DNA of 64,000 bases, taken from contig CAVYSY010000046.1 in assembly GCA_963771175.1 (NCBI GenBank), positions 128,001-192,000 on the forward strand. The letters are read 5' to 3'. A model generated the notes under the pieces. The model was not told the DNA's origin. It saw only the letters and a program-made list of their open reading frames with translations, and ran no database searches. How positions within the stretch are numbered: position 1 is the stretch's first letter; every line of letters begins with the position of its first letter. Below are positions 19,087 through 28,943 of this stretch, piece by piece. Both the position numbers and the translations under genes were made by a program. The DNA is from an uncultured delta proteobacterium. GTDB taxonomy: Bacteria; Myxococcota; Myxococcia; Myxococcales; Myxococcaceae.

Positions 19087-20817
19087 TCAGGACGCGTAGC
19101 GTCCCGTCTCGTCGGAGACTCCGCTCTCGGAGGCGGTCCGGTGCTGCGAGGCTGACAGGCTGTCCGGGACCAGTCCCATGAGCTGACGCAGGAGTTGCTC
19201 GGGCTCCACGGGCTTGGGCAGGAAGGCCTCGGCGCCCGCGTCGAGCGCGCGCTGGCGGACGTGCGGCCGGTTCAACCCGCTCATCACCACCACCCGTGTG
19301 TCGCGCGTGAGCGGGTGCTGCTTGAGGCCTTCGCACAGCCTCAGCCCGTCCACCCAGTGCAGCACCACGTCCAGGAGGATGGCGGTGGGGGGCCGACGCG
19401 CCACCGCGCAGAACAGCGCCAGCTCGTCCGCGAAGGCCACGACCCGGGCGCCCGTGGACTCCAGGAGCTGCGTCATCGCCTCGCGCTGATCCGGGTCATC
19501 GTCCACGATGTAGTAGAGGTCCGGCTCCAGCGTGGGGATCGTCGTGGGCAGCGGCTCCACCGTCGTCCGCACCCAGGAGGCCATGGTCTCGCGGATGCCC
19601 GCCCACCGGGCCGCGCCCAGCAGGGCGAGCGGGGTGGGCGTAATGAGTCCCAGCACGCCGCCGCCCATGCCGCCCATGGACCCGTGGTTGCGCGCCGTCA
19701 CGAAGGCCTGGGGCGCCCGCCGTCCGGCCCGGCGCAGCCAGGAGATGGAGCGAGCCCCCGCCGCCGAGTCCTCGAGCAGCTCGGAGAGGCCCTCGCGCAC
19801 GTAGCGGCGCTCCAGGGCCGGGGCCTCCAGGCCCGCGTCCAGCAGGGCCACCGCCGCGCGGCTGCACGAGGCCAGCGTCTCGGAGAGCCCGAGCTGCAGC
19901 GGGTGGCCGAACGCCGCCGCGCCCACCGTGAGCTGTCCGGGAGCCACGAGCGTGCGGCCGGGGCCGTAGGGCAGCCGCGTCGTCTCCAGGGCGGCCAGCT
20001 CGAAACCTTCCTCCACCAGCCCGTCGCGGGCGGCCATCATCAGGGCCTGGCACAGGTCCGCCGGAGTCACCGCGGCCCCGAAGGCGAGCGCGTACACCGA
20101 GTGCGCACCGGGGATCAGCAGCAACCCGTCCACCGAGGGCATGGGAGCGATCCACAGCCGCGCGAGTGGCGCCAGGGAGAGCCGGGAGGTCGCGTGCCGC
20201 AGCCGGGCCTGCACCGCGGCGATGGTGGGCGCGGGGCTGAAGCGAGGGAAGAACGCATCACCCAGCGAGGGCCCGGAGCCCGTGGCCAACGCGACCGCGT
20301 GGAAGCGCTCGCCGCTGCCCTGGGCCCGCACCACGAGCGGACCGCTCTTGCGCACCGTGGCCGGAGCATCCGGAGCTGGCGGCTGGTTCTCCACCCGCTC
20401 CACGCGACGGGGCACGAAGCGCGCGCCCTGGGACGAGGCCGCGCCCGCGAGCACCTCGCGCACCAGCGCCAGCCCCCCCTGTCCCTGCGGCCACCCGTCC
20501 ACCACCCACAGGCCCCCCGGCGCCGCCGGCAGCACCTCGCGGTTGCCCTCGGAGAGGATCTCCACCCCGCGCAGCTCGTGCGCCCGCCACTCGGGAGGCA
20601 CCCGGCAGCCGAGCGCGGCCAGTCGCGAGCGACACTCGGGCGTGAGGATGGCGGGGGGGGCGATGGTGCCCGGCTCGCCGCTCTCGTACACCCGCACGTC
20701 CAGCGCACTGCCTCGGGCCCGGCCATTGAAGAGCAGCGAGGCGGCGAGCCCCGCTCCGGCGATCCCGCCCCCGATGATGGCCACCCTCGAACCGTTCGCC
20801 AGCCTGCTGCCTTTCAT
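19087..20817 (-). CDS. FAD-binding (Rossmann) oxidoreductase-like domain fused to a C-terminal response-regulator receiver
   Basis: VAIIGGGIAG...VRVYE dinucleotide-binding start; ALATG; C-terminal IVDDD, ILLDVVL, MSG, FLPKP. Confidence 0.85.
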   Translation of the reverse strand: MKGSRLANGSRVAIIGGGIAGAGLAASLLFNGRARGSALDVRVYESGEPGTIAPPAILTPECRSRLAALGCRVPPEWRAHELRGVEILSEGNREVLPAAPGGLWVVDGWPQGQGGLALVREVLAGAASSQGARFVPRRVERVENQPPAPDAPATVRKSGPLVVRAQGSGERFHAVALATGSGPSLGDAFFPRFSPAPTIAAVQARLRHATSRLSLAPLARLWIAPMPSVDGLLLIPGAHSVYALAFGAAVTPADLCQALMMAARDGLVEEGFELAALETTRLPYGPGRTLVAPGQLTVGAAAFGHPLQLGLSETLASCSRAAVALLDAGLEAPALERRYVREGLSELLEDSAAGARSISWLRRAGRRAPQAFVTARNHGSMGGMGGGVLGLITPTPLALLGAARWAGIRETMASWVRTTVEPLPTTIPTLEPDLYYIVDDDPDQREAMTQLLESTGARVVAFADELALFCAVARRPPTAILLDVVLHWVDGLRLCEGLKQHPLTRDTRVVVMSGLNRPHVRQRALDAGAEAFLPKPVEPEQLLRQLMGLVPDSLSASQHRTASESGVSDETGRYAS

Positions 20818-20865
20818 CCGCGCCCTCGCTCCGCCGTCCATCGGTCTTCTCGGGGTTGTGGGTTG

Positions 20866-21822
20866 TCAGTGCCGCTGAACCTTGGGGGGCGGCATCTCCG
20901 ACGCCCCGTACACCACCACACGATCACGCCCCTCGCGCTTGGCCTCGTAGAGCGCGGCATCGGCGGCGCTCATCAGCACCTCCGTGCTCTCGCGGGGGTG
21001 GGCGGCCGAGTGATCGGCGATTCCCACGCTCACGCTCAATCCAAAGGGGGCGGGCCGCCCATCGCCGCGCGTCACCTTCACGGTGCGCAGCCCGGCGCGG
21101 ATGCGCTCGGCGAACACGGCGGCCTCGATGGCTGTCTGGTGCGGAAGCAGCGCGACGAACTCATCGCCCCCGAAGCGCGCCGCGAAGTCCACCTCGCGCA
21201 GGTTGGTGCGCAGGTGACTGGCCAGCGCGAGGATCGCCCGGTTGCCCACGTCGTGTCCCATGCCATCGTTGATGGCCTTGAGGTGGTCCAGGTCGATGAT
21301 CACCACCGACAGCGGATACTGGTAGCGGTTGGCCCGCTTGAACTCCTCGTCCAGTCGCATGGAGAGCGCCCGGAAGTTGGCCAGTCCGGTGAGCGCGTCC
21401 GTCTGGGCGAGCACCTGCAAGCGCTGCTGCTGCTCGCTCTGGCGCAGGGCGCGGTCGATGCGGGCCAGCAACTCGCGGGGGTTGGCCGGCTTGTGGACGA
21501 AGTCGGACGCGCCCTTCTCCAGGCACGTCTCCAGCGTGGCCTCGTCGGTGTCGCCGGTGAGGAAGATGATGGGGACGGACTCGGTCGCCTCTTCCTTCTG
21601 CAGGGACTCGAGCACCGCCAGCCCGTCCTCCTGATCCAGGAACCGGTCCAGCAGGATCAGGTCCGGACGCCGCTCCCGGGCGAGCACCAGGCCCGACTGG
21701 CCATCGCTCGCCCCGAGGACGTCGAAACGGGCGGAGAGCAGCTCCACCAGACTGTCCCGAGTACCCGGGTCATCCTCCACGACCAGGATCAGGGCTCTAT
21801 CCCCGCGGCGGTCGCGTTCCAT
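20866..21822 (-). CDS. REC-GGDEF diguanylate cyclase (DmxB-like architecture)
   Basis: VVEDD/ILLD/FLTG/HKP receiver; DALTGLAN, DLDHLKAIND, REVD I-site and ARFGGDEF active site. Confidence 0.93.
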   Translation of the reverse strand: MERDRRGDRALILVVEDDPGTRDSLVELLSARFDVLGASDGQSGLVLARERRPDLILLDRFLDQEDGLAVLESLQKEEATESVPIIFLTGDTDEATLETCLEKGASDFVHKPANPRELLARIDRALRQSEQQQRLQVLAQTDALTGLANFRALSMRLDEEFKRANRYQYPLSVVIIDLDHLKAINDGMGHDVGNRAILALASHLRTNLREVDFAARFGGDEFVALLPHQTAIEAAVFAERIRAGLRTVKVTRGDGRPAPFGLSVSVGIADHSAAHPRESTEVLMSAADAALYEAKREGRDRVVVYGASEMPPPKVQRH

Positions 21823-22179
21823 GCTCCGCTCCACTTCCTGCGCCTGCCGTCCAATGGCAGGCCGAAAGTCTCGGGTGCCACGCCCGAAGGGCTGCCCCCC
21901 ACGCCCGTCCACCGCCGCTACCCACGGCGAGCACCCCACGTCCTCCTTCTCCTTCACCCGAGACCCCCGGCCGCCAAGTCCGATGTCTCCTCACCCCGGG
22001 CCGGCTCTCCCGGTGGCGAGGCATCCCTTGGAGCAAGGGGCGTGCCCTCGTGAGACCGGGAGAGGGAGGAGTGATTCCAGGGACTTGCGGCACCCTTCGG
22101 TGGAGGAGGTGCCCCCGACTGGGCAAGAGTTGCAGCGTTCCCGGGTATGCCACCAGTAGGAATTCCCGGGAGGTGTGGA

Positions 22180-22929
22180 TCAACGTCGGGGGTTGAACTG
22201 AACCCGCCGGCCGCCGCCGCCACCGCCGAGCATCTGGGGCGGAGGCGCCTCGAGGCCGAACTGCCACCACATGGGCTCGTAGGGCTTCATCTTCAGTTTC
22301 TTGTCATTCTGGAGCGCGCTGAGGCTGTTCTTCAGCTTCTCGTCGGAGGGGTTGGCCTCCACGCCGCGCCCGAGCACCTTGAGGGCCTCGTCCTTCTCCT
22401 TGTTCTGCATGAGGCACCAGGCGTAGACGGCCCAGACGATGGACTCCTTCTTGCCGCTCGTCACGGCGGCCTCGAAGGCGGACTTCATCTTCGGGAAGTC
22501 CTTGCGCTGGTAGTACAGGGCGCCCTGCATGGCCTTGGCCATGTAGTTGCGCGGGCTGGACTTGGCGAAGTGGCGCTCGGCCCCGTCCAGGTCCTTGGAC
22601 ATGTACTTCAGCATGGCGATCTGCGCGTGGATCTCCGAGCCCACGAGGAACTGCCACTTGTCGTAGGCGAGCCCGCTCTCGAGCATCTTGATGGCCCGCT
22701 CCACGCGCGCCTGGGCCTCCTTCTGGCTGGTGGGCTGCCCCTGGAGCTCCTTTTGGACGGAGGTCATGAGGCCCTGAATGAGGTTGCCGATCCGCCGGGC
22801 GAGCACGAAGTAGGTGCCCATGAAGGCGAGGGTGCCCGGGATGACGCCGGCCCAGATGGAGAAGCCAAAAAGTTTGACTCCCAGGGTAATGGCGAGACCC
22901 ACACCCAGGGCGATGAGGAGGTTGTACAT
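22180..22929 (-). CDS. Membrane-anchored TPR-like protein
   Basis: Two N-terminal TM helices followed by helical repeats (ALKVLGRGVEANP). Confidence 0.8.
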   Translation of the reverse strand: MYNLLIALGVGLAITLGVKLFGFSIWAGVIPGTLAFMGTYFVLARRIGNLIQGLMTSVQKELQGQPTSQKEAQARVERAIKMLESGLAYDKWQFLVGSEIHAQIAMLKYMSKDLDGAERHFAKSSPRNYMAKAMQGALYYQRKDFPKMKSAFEAAVTSGKKESIVWAVYAWCLMQNKEKDEALKVLGRGVEANPSDEKLKNSLSALQNDKKLKMKPYEPMWWQFGLEAPPPQMLGGGGGGRRVQFNPRR

Positions 22930-23022
22930 GGCGCCCGTTTAGCCATCGGCGTGCGTGACCGCAATGAATGGATGCGTTCGGGCGGACATCGAGGTATACG
23001 TTCGCCTGTTCCAACCCCAAGG

Positions 23023-23108
23023 GGCCCTCTGTCGAAATTGGTAGACGAGGCGGACTCAAAATCCGCTGCGGCTGACCCCGCGTCCCGGTTCGAGTCCGGG
23101 GAGGGCCA
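23023..23108 (+). tRNA. tRNA-Leu(CAA)
   Basis: Acceptor GGCCCTC/GAGGGCC+A, D-loop TTGGTAGAC, anticodon arm GCGGA-CTCAAAA-TCCGC, long variable arm, T arm CCCGG-TTCGAGT-CCGGG; CCA not encoded. Confidence 0.95.
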
Positions 23109-23156
23109 ATCCCGGGAGTTCTCGCAGAACCCCGGGTGCGGGGGGGGAGGCCTCCA

Positions 23157-23834
23157 ATGAAGGTCCTGCTGGTGGAGGACGACGCCAGTCTGCGCGAGGG
23201 GATGAGCGAGCTGATCTCCGAGCTGGCGGAGGTACGGGAGGCTGGCACCGTGCCCGAGGCCCTGGCGGCCATGCGGGAGGGGCTGTTCGATCTCGTCATC
23301 TCGGACCTGCGCATTGGCGAGAGCGTGGACGGCGGGCGGCGCATCCTGGAGACGGCGCGGCATCGACTGCAGCCGGTGGTCATCGTCAGCGCGGCCGCCG
23401 CCGAAGAGGTGGTCCGGGCCCTGCGGCCCTTCGAGCCCGATGCGGTGCTGGCCAAGCCCTTCCAGATCGATGACGTGCTGGGGCTGGTGGCCTCCTTCAG
23501 GGGCATGCGCGCCTCGGTGGAGAAGATGACGAAGGAGTCGTGTCCCCAGGCGACCGTGGAGGGCTGGACGGAGATCGCCGGGGGGGTCCAGATGATCGAG
23601 CGGCAGCCCGGCCAGCATGCGTGGTTGCGGATGGCGCCCGGCTCGATCTTCTCTTGGATGGTGCGGAGTGAGTCGGTGGCGGTGATGCTCCTGGAAGGAG
23701 ATCTCGAGGTGGATGGCGAGCGGCGGGCAGGTCAGCAATATCTCTATCTGGCGGCGGGACCTCGCGAGGCGAAGAGCCAGCAGGGGTGCCTGGCCGTCTG
23801 GGTCGCCGGACCGGTGCGGGCCGTTCAAGCGTGA
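23157..23834 (+). CDS. Response regulator with C-terminal cupin-like domain
   Basis: LLVEDD, VISDL, IVSA, LAKPF; C-terminal WLRMAPG...LLEGDLEVDG beta-barrel pattern. Confidence 0.8.
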   Translation: MKVLLVEDDASLREGMSELISELAEVREAGTVPEALAAMREGLFDLVISDLRIGESVDGGRRILETARHRLQPVVIVSAAAAEEVVRALRPFEPDAVLAKPFQIDDVLGLVASFRGMRASVEKMTKESCPQATVEGWTEIAGGVQMIERQPGQHAWLRMAPGSIFSWMVRSESVAVMLLEGDLEVDGERRAGQQYLYLAAGPREAKSQQGCLAVWVAGPVRAVQA

Positions 23835-25198
23835 GCACTCCCTGGCCGACGACATTCCTGGAAGCGGAGCGCCTGGGGCGCCCGTCGCGACGCGCGGCGA
23901 CCGCGGCCCTCGAGGCACATCTCGCCATCTTGAAGGGGGAGCCCCTCAAGCTGGCGCTGGCCAATGCCCTGAAGGACGCGGAAGGTCTGGGCGGCCAGGA
24001 GCGGCGCTTCACGGCCCTGGCGGTGCGGGAGATGTCCCGGCACCAGCGGCTGTTGGATCTCGCCTCGCGCACGCTGGGTCACCCTCCGGGCAAGATTGGC
24101 CTGCTGGAGGACCAGACGCTGGTGCGCTACGTCCTCTGGCGCCGGCTCTTCTGCGGTGAGGGCTGGACGCGCATCGGTCCCGAGGTGAAGCTCCCCGGCC
24201 CGGTGCGCCCGCGCACCATCAAGGATGATCTGCTGGTGCGGATGGCGGACGCCCCGCTGCCGGCTCCGGCCATGCCCGACTCGGGTGCCGAGCGCCTGGC
24301 GATGCGCTACTCGTTCCCCAACTGGCTCGTGCTGCGGCTGGCCGAGCTGCACCCGGAGCCGGTGCTGGAGGCGATGCTGGCGGCGCTGGACGAGGATCCG
24401 ACGCTCCACTTCCGCGTGCGCCCCTCGGGGACCCGAGAGCAGGTGCTGGCGAGGCTGGCCGAGGAGGGCGTGGCCGCCGAGCCGGTGGCCGTGGCGCTGG
24501 ATGCCATCCGCATCGCCGAGGCGAGCCACCGCGTCTTCGAGACGCGGGTGATGAAGGAGGGCCGGCTGCAGGTGCAGGACGTGGGCAGCCAGCTCATCGT
24601 CGAGGCGTGTCGCCCGCTGGAGGGCTCGCTGGTGGGGCGGACGGTGGCGGACGTGTGCGCGGGGGCGGGCGGCAAGACGCTCGCGCTGGCGGACGAGGTG
24701 GGGAAGGCGGGACGGGTGCTGGCGGGAGATCGCTCGCGTCGGCGGCTGGCCCAGGCGCGCGAGCGGGCGCGGGAGCTCTCCCTGCGGCACGTGGCCTTCC
24801 CACAACCACTGCCGCTGGAGCAGGCGGACGTGGTGCTGGTGGACGCGCCGTGCAGCGGGACGGGCTCGCTGGCGCGGGAGCCGGATCAGAAGTGGAAGCT
24901 CACCATGAAGGCGGTGGAGGAGTTCCACGCCACGCAGCTCGGCCTGCTGGAGGAGCTGGCGGGGCAGGTGAAGCCCGGGGCGCTGGTGGTGTACGCCACG
25001 TGCTCGCTGCTGCCCGAGGAGAACGACTCGGTGGTGCGGGACTTCCTGGCCAAGGTGCCCGGCTTCACCGTGGAGCCCCTGGCCCCCATCTTTGGCCCCG
25101 AGCGGGCGGCGGTGCTGTGCGACGGCCCCTTCCTCAGGGCCCTGCCGCCCCGAGTCCCCGGAGGGGGCTTCTTCGCGGCCCGCCTGCGCAAGGGGTAG
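23831..25198 (+). CDS. RsmB/NOP2-family RNA m5C methyltransferase
   Basis: QDVGSQ, DVCAGAGGKT, VDAPCSGTG, YATCS...EEN. Confidence 0.93.
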   Translation: MSTPWPTTFLEAERLGRPSRRAATAALEAHLAILKGEPLKLALANALKDAEGLGGQERRFTALAVREMSRHQRLLDLASRTLGHPPGKIGLLEDQTLVRYVLWRRLFCGEGWTRIGPEVKLPGPVRPRTIKDDLLVRMADAPLPAPAMPDSGAERLAMRYSFPNWLVLRLAELHPEPVLEAMLAALDEDPTLHFRVRPSGTREQVLARLAEEGVAAEPVAVALDAIRIAEASHRVFETRVMKEGRLQVQDVGSQLIVEACRPLEGSLVGRTVADVCAGAGGKTLALADEVGKAGRVLAGDRSRRRLAQARERARELSLRHVAFPQPLPLEQADVVLVDAPCSGTGSLAREPDQKWKLTMKAVEEFHATQLGLLEELAGQVKPGALVVYATCSLLPEENDSVVRDFLAKVPGFTVEPLAPIFGPERAAVLCDGPFLRALPPRVPGGGFFAARLRKG

Positions 25199-25268
25199 GC
25201 GGGGTTGACAGTGCCCGCGGGCGCAAGCTACGCAGGAAAGCAGTCCTCTTTCCGAGAGGTTGCGCCCG

Positions 25269-25667
25269 GTGGCAGCCGACCCCAAGCAGTCCGAGACCCT
25301 CCGTCAGCTTCAGGAGGCGTTCCAAACCGCCCAGTCCCAGATGACCCAGCTCCGCCAGCAGGTGGAGAAGCACTCCGAACTGGCCCAGGCGAAGGCCCAG
25401 AGTGACTTCATCCAGCGGGAGATGGATCGCGCCCTGCGCCAGCTTGGCGAGTCGGTGTTCAAGCAGGTGCAGAAGGGCCGGGTGCAGCTCCCCGAGGGCT
25501 TCGGCCCGCTCCTGAAGGCCGTCGAGCACGTGCAGAAGAAGGCCGAGGCGCATGCTCGGGAGATCGGCGACCTCCTCAAGGAAGGCGAGGAGACAGCCCA
25601 GCGGCTGAAGGAAAAAAACGCAGGGGGCGCGCATTCGGGAGTAGCGCCTGGCAGGAAGAAATTGTAG
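25269..25667 (+). CDS. Hypothetical coiled-coil protein
   Basis: Gln/Glu/Lys-rich heptad pattern with coding-like codon usage. Confidence 0.7.
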   Translation: MAADPKQSETLRQLQEAFQTAQSQMTQLRQQVEKHSELAQAKAQSDFIQREMDRALRQLGESVFKQVQKGRVQLPEGFGPLLKAVEHVQKKAEAHAREIGDLLKEGEETAQRLKEKNAGGAHSGVAPGRKKL

Positions 25668-25721
25668 AAGAGCGCCGTTTTCAACGTTGGCCACTCACCC
25701 AGGGCGGCCGACGAACGTTGT

Positions 25722-25794
<73 letters not shown>

Positions 25795-25863
25795 CAGTAG
25801 GAAGAGGCCCGTCAGGAAATCTGACGGGCCTCGTCTTTCCCCTTCGGGGGCACAAGTGAATAT

Positions 25864-25936
<73 letters not shown>

Positions 25937-26026
25937 CAATGAAGAAAGCCCGTCAGGTTCGCGCCTGACGGGTTTTTCAATTTCCTGACGGGTCTCGTCT
26001 TTCCCCTTCGGGGCACAAGTGAATAG

Positions 26027-26099
<73 letters not shown>

Positions 26100-26107
26100 C
26101 AATGAAG

Positions 26108-26147
26108 AAAGCCCGTCGGGTCCACGCCTGACGGGCTTTTTCATTTT
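26108..26147 (+). terminator. Intrinsic terminator after the tRNA-Ala cluster
   Basis: AAAGCCCGTCGGG-TCCACG-CCTGACGGGCTTTTTCATTTT. Confidence 0.8.
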
Positions 26148-26357
26148 CCACGGCCAGGTGCGGCCACGAAGCGGCCGTGCGCCACGTCAGGTGGTGCGGT
26201 GCCTTGCTCGAGGTGTGGAAGTCCGCTGGGAGTGGAGGGAGGATCGCGCTGCGACCCCGCGCCCGGAGGATCGGGGCTCGGCGGGGGAGGTTCGCGAACC
26301 CTCCGCGGAATGACAGTGGGTGGTGAATCCTGCGAAGCGCCGGGCCCTTGGGGGCGC

Positions 26358-27524
26358 TCAGGCCTCGCGGATCATCAGCATCTGCAGGAGGTCGCTCAGC
26401 ATCTTCTTGAGACCACCGGCCTCGGGCAGGGAGTCGAGGATGCGCGACGCGGCGTTGGTGGAGCGCTCGATGATGCGCTCGGTGGCGGCGCGGCCACCGC
26501 TCTGCTCCACGAGCTCGCGAGCCCGCTGCAGCATCGTCTCGTCCTTGGGGCCGGGGATGCAGAGCGTCTCCAGCTCCTGGCGGGCCTCGGGCGTGGCGCG
26601 GAGGTAGGCGGCCAGCAGCGGGAAGGTGCGCTTGCCCTGCGCGAGATCCGAGTCCGTCGGCTTGCCGACCACGGAGGACTGGCCGTACAGCCCGAGCAGA
26701 TCATCCCGGAGCTGGTAGGCGGTGCCCACGTAGCGGCCGAAGCGCTCCAGCTTGTTGATGAGCTCCGGATCCGCGCCGGCCAGCATGGCGCCGCACACGA
26801 GCGGCGCGGTGAAGCCGTAGAGCGCCGTCTTCAGGTAGGCCACGCGCAGCGCGTTGTAGATGGAGAGCTCGGCCAGCGGCTGGTACGGCAGCCGGATGTC
26901 CATGTACTGCCCGGCGGCGGTGTAGCGGCACACCTTGAGGAAGTAGCGCGTGGCCACGTCCGCGTCCGGCAGGTTGCAGCCCAGCATCACCTCCAGCGAA
27001 CGGCCGTAGAGGTGATCGCCGATCACGACCGCCAGGTTCTCGCCGAGGTGTCCCTCACCCAGCATCTTGTGGAGCGCGGGGCCACCGCGCCGCGTGTCCG
27101 CCTGATCCGCCACGTCGTCGTGGATCAGCATGAAGGTGTGGAGCAGCTCGGTGGCCGCGGCGAACCGCCACAGCCCCGACGGCGCCCGCGTATCGCCCCG
27201 CCCCAGGGCGTAACCCACGAGCACCAGGCCCGGACGGATGCGCTTGGAGGGACGTAGGCTGTAGCTGCGCACCTGCTCCAGCACCTTGTTCCACGAGGGA
27301 TCCAGGTGCCGCTCATCCTCGAGCTCGAGGATCTGATGGAGGACCACCTGCGTCTGGTACTGCACCGTCTTCGCCCAGGACGTGTAGTCCACGGGAGACG
27401 CAGACTGCTCTGCCGCCGGGGTCCCGGCCTGATGAGTCTTCCGCTCTTTCATGACGGGGTAGTTGGCACCCGAGGTACCGCGCGTCGGCATCGTATCCTG
27501 CACAGCGGCGACCAACGTCAGCAT
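26358..27524 (-). CDS. Polyprenyl diphosphate synthase (IdsA/GGPP synthase-like); start uncertain
   Basis: SKRIRP, ELLHTFMLIHDDVAD..RRG, GQYMD, LKTALY, YQLRDDLLG, DLAQGKRT. Confidence 0.92.
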   Translation of the reverse strand: MLTLVAAVQDTMPTRGTSGANYPVMKERKTHQAGTPAAEQSASPVDYTSWAKTVQYQTQVVLHQILELEDERHLDPSWNKVLEQVRSYSLRPSKRIRPGLVLVGYALGRGDTRAPSGLWRFAAATELLHTFMLIHDDVADQADTRRGGPALHKMLGEGHLGENLAVVIGDHLYGRSLEVMLGCNLPDADVATRYFLKVCRYTAAGQYMDIRLPYQPLAELSIYNALRVAYLKTALYGFTAPLVCGAMLAGADPELINKLERFGRYVGTAYQLRDDLLGLYGQSSVVGKPTDSDLAQGKRTFPLLAAYLRATPEARQELETLCIPGPKDETMLQRARELVEQSGGRAATERIIERSTNAASRILDSLPEAGGLKKMLSDLLQMLMIREA

Positions 27525-27747
27525 GACGGACCTCCGGGGCTGGCGGCTTGGGTGGGTCGGGCAAGCCCCATCTTCCAATCTTCCTGATTTTAATAACACA
27601 AAATTTTTATACGGGCAAATGCCTTTTAAGAGAGAAATATTGCCATCACGGTGAATCCGGAAGGCCTTCCGAGGGAAAAATAAGTGATAGGTCATTGAGG
27701 ACCCATCGGTCGTTTTTGACTCTCCGGCCGTTTGTACACCTGGAATG

Positions 27748-27782
27748 AAAAAAGCGGCCGGTCCTTTCGGACACCGGCCGCT
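27748..27782 (-). terminator. Intrinsic terminator downstream of the aldolase gene
   Basis: On the minus strand AGCGGCCGG-TGTCCGAAAGGA-CCGGCCGCT followed by a T run. Confidence 0.8.
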
Positions 27783-27804
27783 CCAGACTGCGTGCTGTGG
27801 TGAG

Positions 27805-28728
27805 TTACTTGGCGTTCTTGTAGATGTTCATCACATCTTTCAGCAGCTTCACTGACTCATCGTGCGGCCGCTGGAAGGCATTGCGGCCCATGATGGAGCC
27901 GAAACCGCCGCCCGCGGCGATCTGACGGATCTCCTCGAGCAGGTCCTCGGTCTTCTTGGACTCGCCGCCCGAGAAGATGACGATGCGCTTTCCGTTGAAG
28001 GCGGACTTCACGACATCGCGAATGCGATCCGCCAGGGTCTTGGTGGGGATGTTGAACTGCTCGTAGACCTTCTTGGCCTCGGGCTGCTCGAGGAAGTCCG
28101 AGGGCGGCTTGACCTTGATGATGTGGGCGCCGAGCTGGGCGCTGATCTGCGCCGCGTAGGAGATGACGTCGATGGCCGTCTCTCCCTGCTTGGACATGTT
28201 GCCGCGCGCGTAGGCCCACAGCACGGTGGGCAGGCCGTAATCCTTGGCCTCGGCGATGATGTCCCGGAGGTCCTCGTACATGGGGTTGCGGGCCCCGGAG
28301 CCCGGGTAGATGGTGTAGCCCACGGCGGCGCAGCCCAGGCGCACGGCGTCCCGCACCGACGAGGTGACGGCGGACATCGGGTGGTCGGGCTTGGCCAGCG
28401 TGTCCGAGTTGTTCAGCTTGAGGATCAGCGGGATCTCTCCGGCGTACTTGCCGGCCACGGCCTCCAGGAAGCCCAGGGGCGCCGCGTAGGCGTTGCAGCC
28501 CGAATCGATGGCGAGCTGGATGTGATAGTCCGGATCATAGCCAGCGGGGTTCGGAGCGAAGGAACGCGCCGGCCCGTGCTCGAAGCCCTGATCCACCGGG
28601 AGGATCACCAGCTTGCCGGTGCCGGCGAGCGTGCCGGTGTTGAGCAGGCGGGCCAGGTTGGTGAGCGTGCCCGGATTGTCGGACGGGTACCACGAGAGGA
28701 TCTGCTTGACGCGGTCGCTATACGCCAT
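27805..28728 (-). CDS. fbaB: Class I fructose-bisphosphate aldolase (DhnA/FbaB family)
   Basis: ILPVDQGFEHGPARSF, GYTIYPGS, LWAYARG, LGAHIIKVK Schiff-base Lys, IMGRNAFQRP. Confidence 0.93.
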   Translation of the reverse strand: MAYSDRVKQILSWYPSDNPGTLTNLARLLNTGTLAGTGKLVILPVDQGFEHGPARSFAPNPAGYDPDYHIQLAIDSGCNAYAAPLGFLEAVAGKYAGEIPLILKLNNSDTLAKPDHPMSAVTSSVRDAVRLGCAAVGYTIYPGSGARNPMYEDLRDIIAEAKDYGLPTVLWAYARGNMSKQGETAIDVISYAAQISAQLGAHIIKVKPPSDFLEQPEAKKVYEQFNIPTKTLADRIRDVVKSAFNGKRIVIFSGGESKKTEDLLEEIRQIAAGGGFGSIMGRNAFQRPHDESVKLLKDVMNIYKNAK

Positions 28729-28943
28729 ACGGCTCCTTGGGTTGGGGGCGGGTGGCCCTCTGAAACAAAGACTCGACGGTCGCGGATATTGCCCACCGAG
28801 CGTCTCTCCACCAAGCAGATCATTTGACTCATCGTCACGGTGCGAACGCTCGGGATGCACGATCCCGATGACGGATGCGTGACGAAAGTGGATGCTGCGC
28901 CGCTGCGAGATCCCCGATGTCGCGGGGCCTCCGGGAGAGGCGA

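Noticed and set aside
18860..19181. Small plus-strand ORFs between the lipoprotein and the flavoprotein-REC gene
   Set aside because: No motifs, atypical composition, partial overlap with a real gene.
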